DNA of 5,481 nucleotides from a virus (Duplodnaviria; Heunggongvirae; Uroviricota; Caudoviricetes): IMG/VR virus record IMGVR_UViG_2728369593_000014, positions 1 to 5,481 of that record; one strand, 5' to 3'. Shown piece by piece: positions 4,830 to 5,481 of this stretch (position 1 is its first letter; each line of letters starts with the position of its first letter). The notes under the pieces were generated by a model. It saw only the letters and a program-made list of their open reading frames with translations, ran no database searches and was not told where the DNA came from. The position numbers and the translations under genes were made by a program.

Positions 4830-5044
4830 TGATTTCCCGTCCGTTGGCCACCATCCCCCGTGCCGGGCACAACCACTGGCGTGGTCACATCCCCCTCCGC
4901 GGCAATCGCCTGCATCAGGGTATAAGGGGTTATGGCCACCGGACTACCAAACGGCTGCCAGCCCTCTTTCAGTTTGTGTGTCAGCTTTTCCGCAAGCTCT
5001 GACGGCGACGCCGCCTTGACAACATCATAGTGTTTAAATGCCAT
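4826..5044 (-). CDS. Small conserved prophage protein (72 aa), DUF1737-like by recollection
   Basis: ATG at 5044..5042 preceded by GGTGGAAAG; product MAFKHYDVVKAASPSELAEKLTHKLKEGWQPFGSPVAITPYTLMQAIAAEGDVTTPVVVPGTGDGGQRTGNQ. Domain assignment is from memory of small prophage proteins and NanS-p N-termini and needs an HMM search. Confidence 0.55.
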   Translation of the reverse strand: MAFKHYDVVKAASPSELAEKLTHKLKEGWQPFGSPVAITPYTLMQAIAAEGDVTTPVVVPGTGDGGQRTGNQ

Positions 5045-5228
5045 GGTTCTTTCCACCATCTAAAAAATAATTCTTTAAGATACCTGACATGTAATACACA
5101 AAACCACACCTTAAATAAAAACCTCATCATAAAGCAGATATGCATGGATAAACTACAAGACGAGGTATAAACCACCCTGCATTTAAATAAATAATAAACA
5201 ACATCAGAAAAATAATTCTGCCCTATGG

Positions 5229-5255
5229 TTTACATTCAAAATTATCATTTATACT
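5229..5255 (+). promoter_or_regulatory. Candidate sigma70 promoter for the AT-rich plus-strand ORF (TTTACA-N15-TATACT)
   Basis: TTTACA at 5229-5234 and TATACT at 5250-5255, about 40 nt upstream of the ATG at 5296; the spacer is short (15 nt). Confidence 0.3.
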
Positions 5256-5295
5256 TTTCAGAACAACACCAGCAAGGCATAAACAAGGAAACTAA

Positions 5296-5481
5296 ATGAA
5301 GTGGATTGTGATTGATACAGTTATCCAGCCATCATGCGGAATATCTTTTTCAGTCATATGGAGTAAAATAAAATTAATAATCTGGTATCAATCGGATGCT
5401 TTCTTACCTCCTGAAAGTATATTTACACTGACTCACACAGGTATCATGCTCAATAACAAAGTGCTACCTGTAACCATTTAC
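5296..5481 (+). CDS. AT-rich hypothetical ORF, 5' portion only (continues beyond the window)
   Basis: ATG at 5296 preceded by AAGGAA with 6-nt spacing; open to the window end: [62 protein letters not shown]… Composition is markedly AT-rich, and the gene is oriented opposite to the late operon, which is moron-like. Confidence 0.45.
   Translation, partial: MKWIVIDTVIQPSCGISFSVIWSKIKLIIWYQSDAFLPPESIFTLTHTGIMLNNKVLPVTIY

Noticed and set aside
4074-5002. Plus-strand ORFs 4074..4286, 4105..4425, 4588..4812 and 4745..5002
   Set aside because: All antisense to gene A or the DUF1737-like ORF, or read through the module-3 terminator; Pro/Ala/Ser/Arg-rich composition typical of antisense frames.
4981-5175. 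64-aa minus-strand ORF
   Set aside because: Overlaps the start region of the DUF1737-like gene in another frame and extends into AT-rich intergenic DNA; the Arg-rich tail looks spurious.
1-5481. CRISPR arrays, tRNA/rRNA genes, Shiga-toxin (stxAB) genes
   Set aside because: No regularly spaced repeats, no tRNA-like cloverleaf segments, and no ORF resembling StxA/StxB were found; the Stx-phage resemblance is limited to the lysis gene types.

Overview
This window reads as the late/lysis region of a lambdoid (phage 21 / Stx-phage-like) prophage of an Escherichia-type host, encoded on the minus strand and ending at its left edge in an IS3-family insertion sequence. All identifications come from reading the sequence and recalling lambda/phage-21 proteins; no database search was run. 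Minus strand, from high to low coordinates: a small DUF1737-like ORF (4826..5044), a 217-aa protein 'gene A' (4176..4829), a 60-aa membrane ORF (3846..4028), 'gene B' whose C-terminal domain is paralogous to gene A and which is split by a 1-nt frameshift in a G6 run (3334..3808), an S21-type pinholin (2682..2888), an AT-rich ~670 bp segment carrying an opposite-strand 104-aa ORF (2112..2426), a SAR endolysin whose 5' end is out of frame with its only upstream ATG (1459..1994), a bidirectional hairpin terminator, two small translationally coupled ORFs (60 aa and 43 aa), and Rz with embedded Rz1 (504..977; 566..751). A 51-codon ORF downstream of Rz is cut off by the terminus of an IS629/IS1203-like element (1..327), whose transposase OrfB C-terminus is on the plus strand. 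Three paralogous plus-strand modules (perfect TTGACA, then a GC hairpin with a T7 run) lie convergent to the late genes at 3067..3186, 3235..3332 and 4049..4170 and are candidate small-RNA genes. An AT-rich plus-strand ORF begins at 5296 and runs off the window. No tRNA, rRNA or CRISPR array was seen. The most unusual content is the set of plus-strand promoter/terminator modules, the unannotated small membrane ORFs inside the lysis cassette, the insertion between S and R, and three homopolymer-linked frame disruptions.
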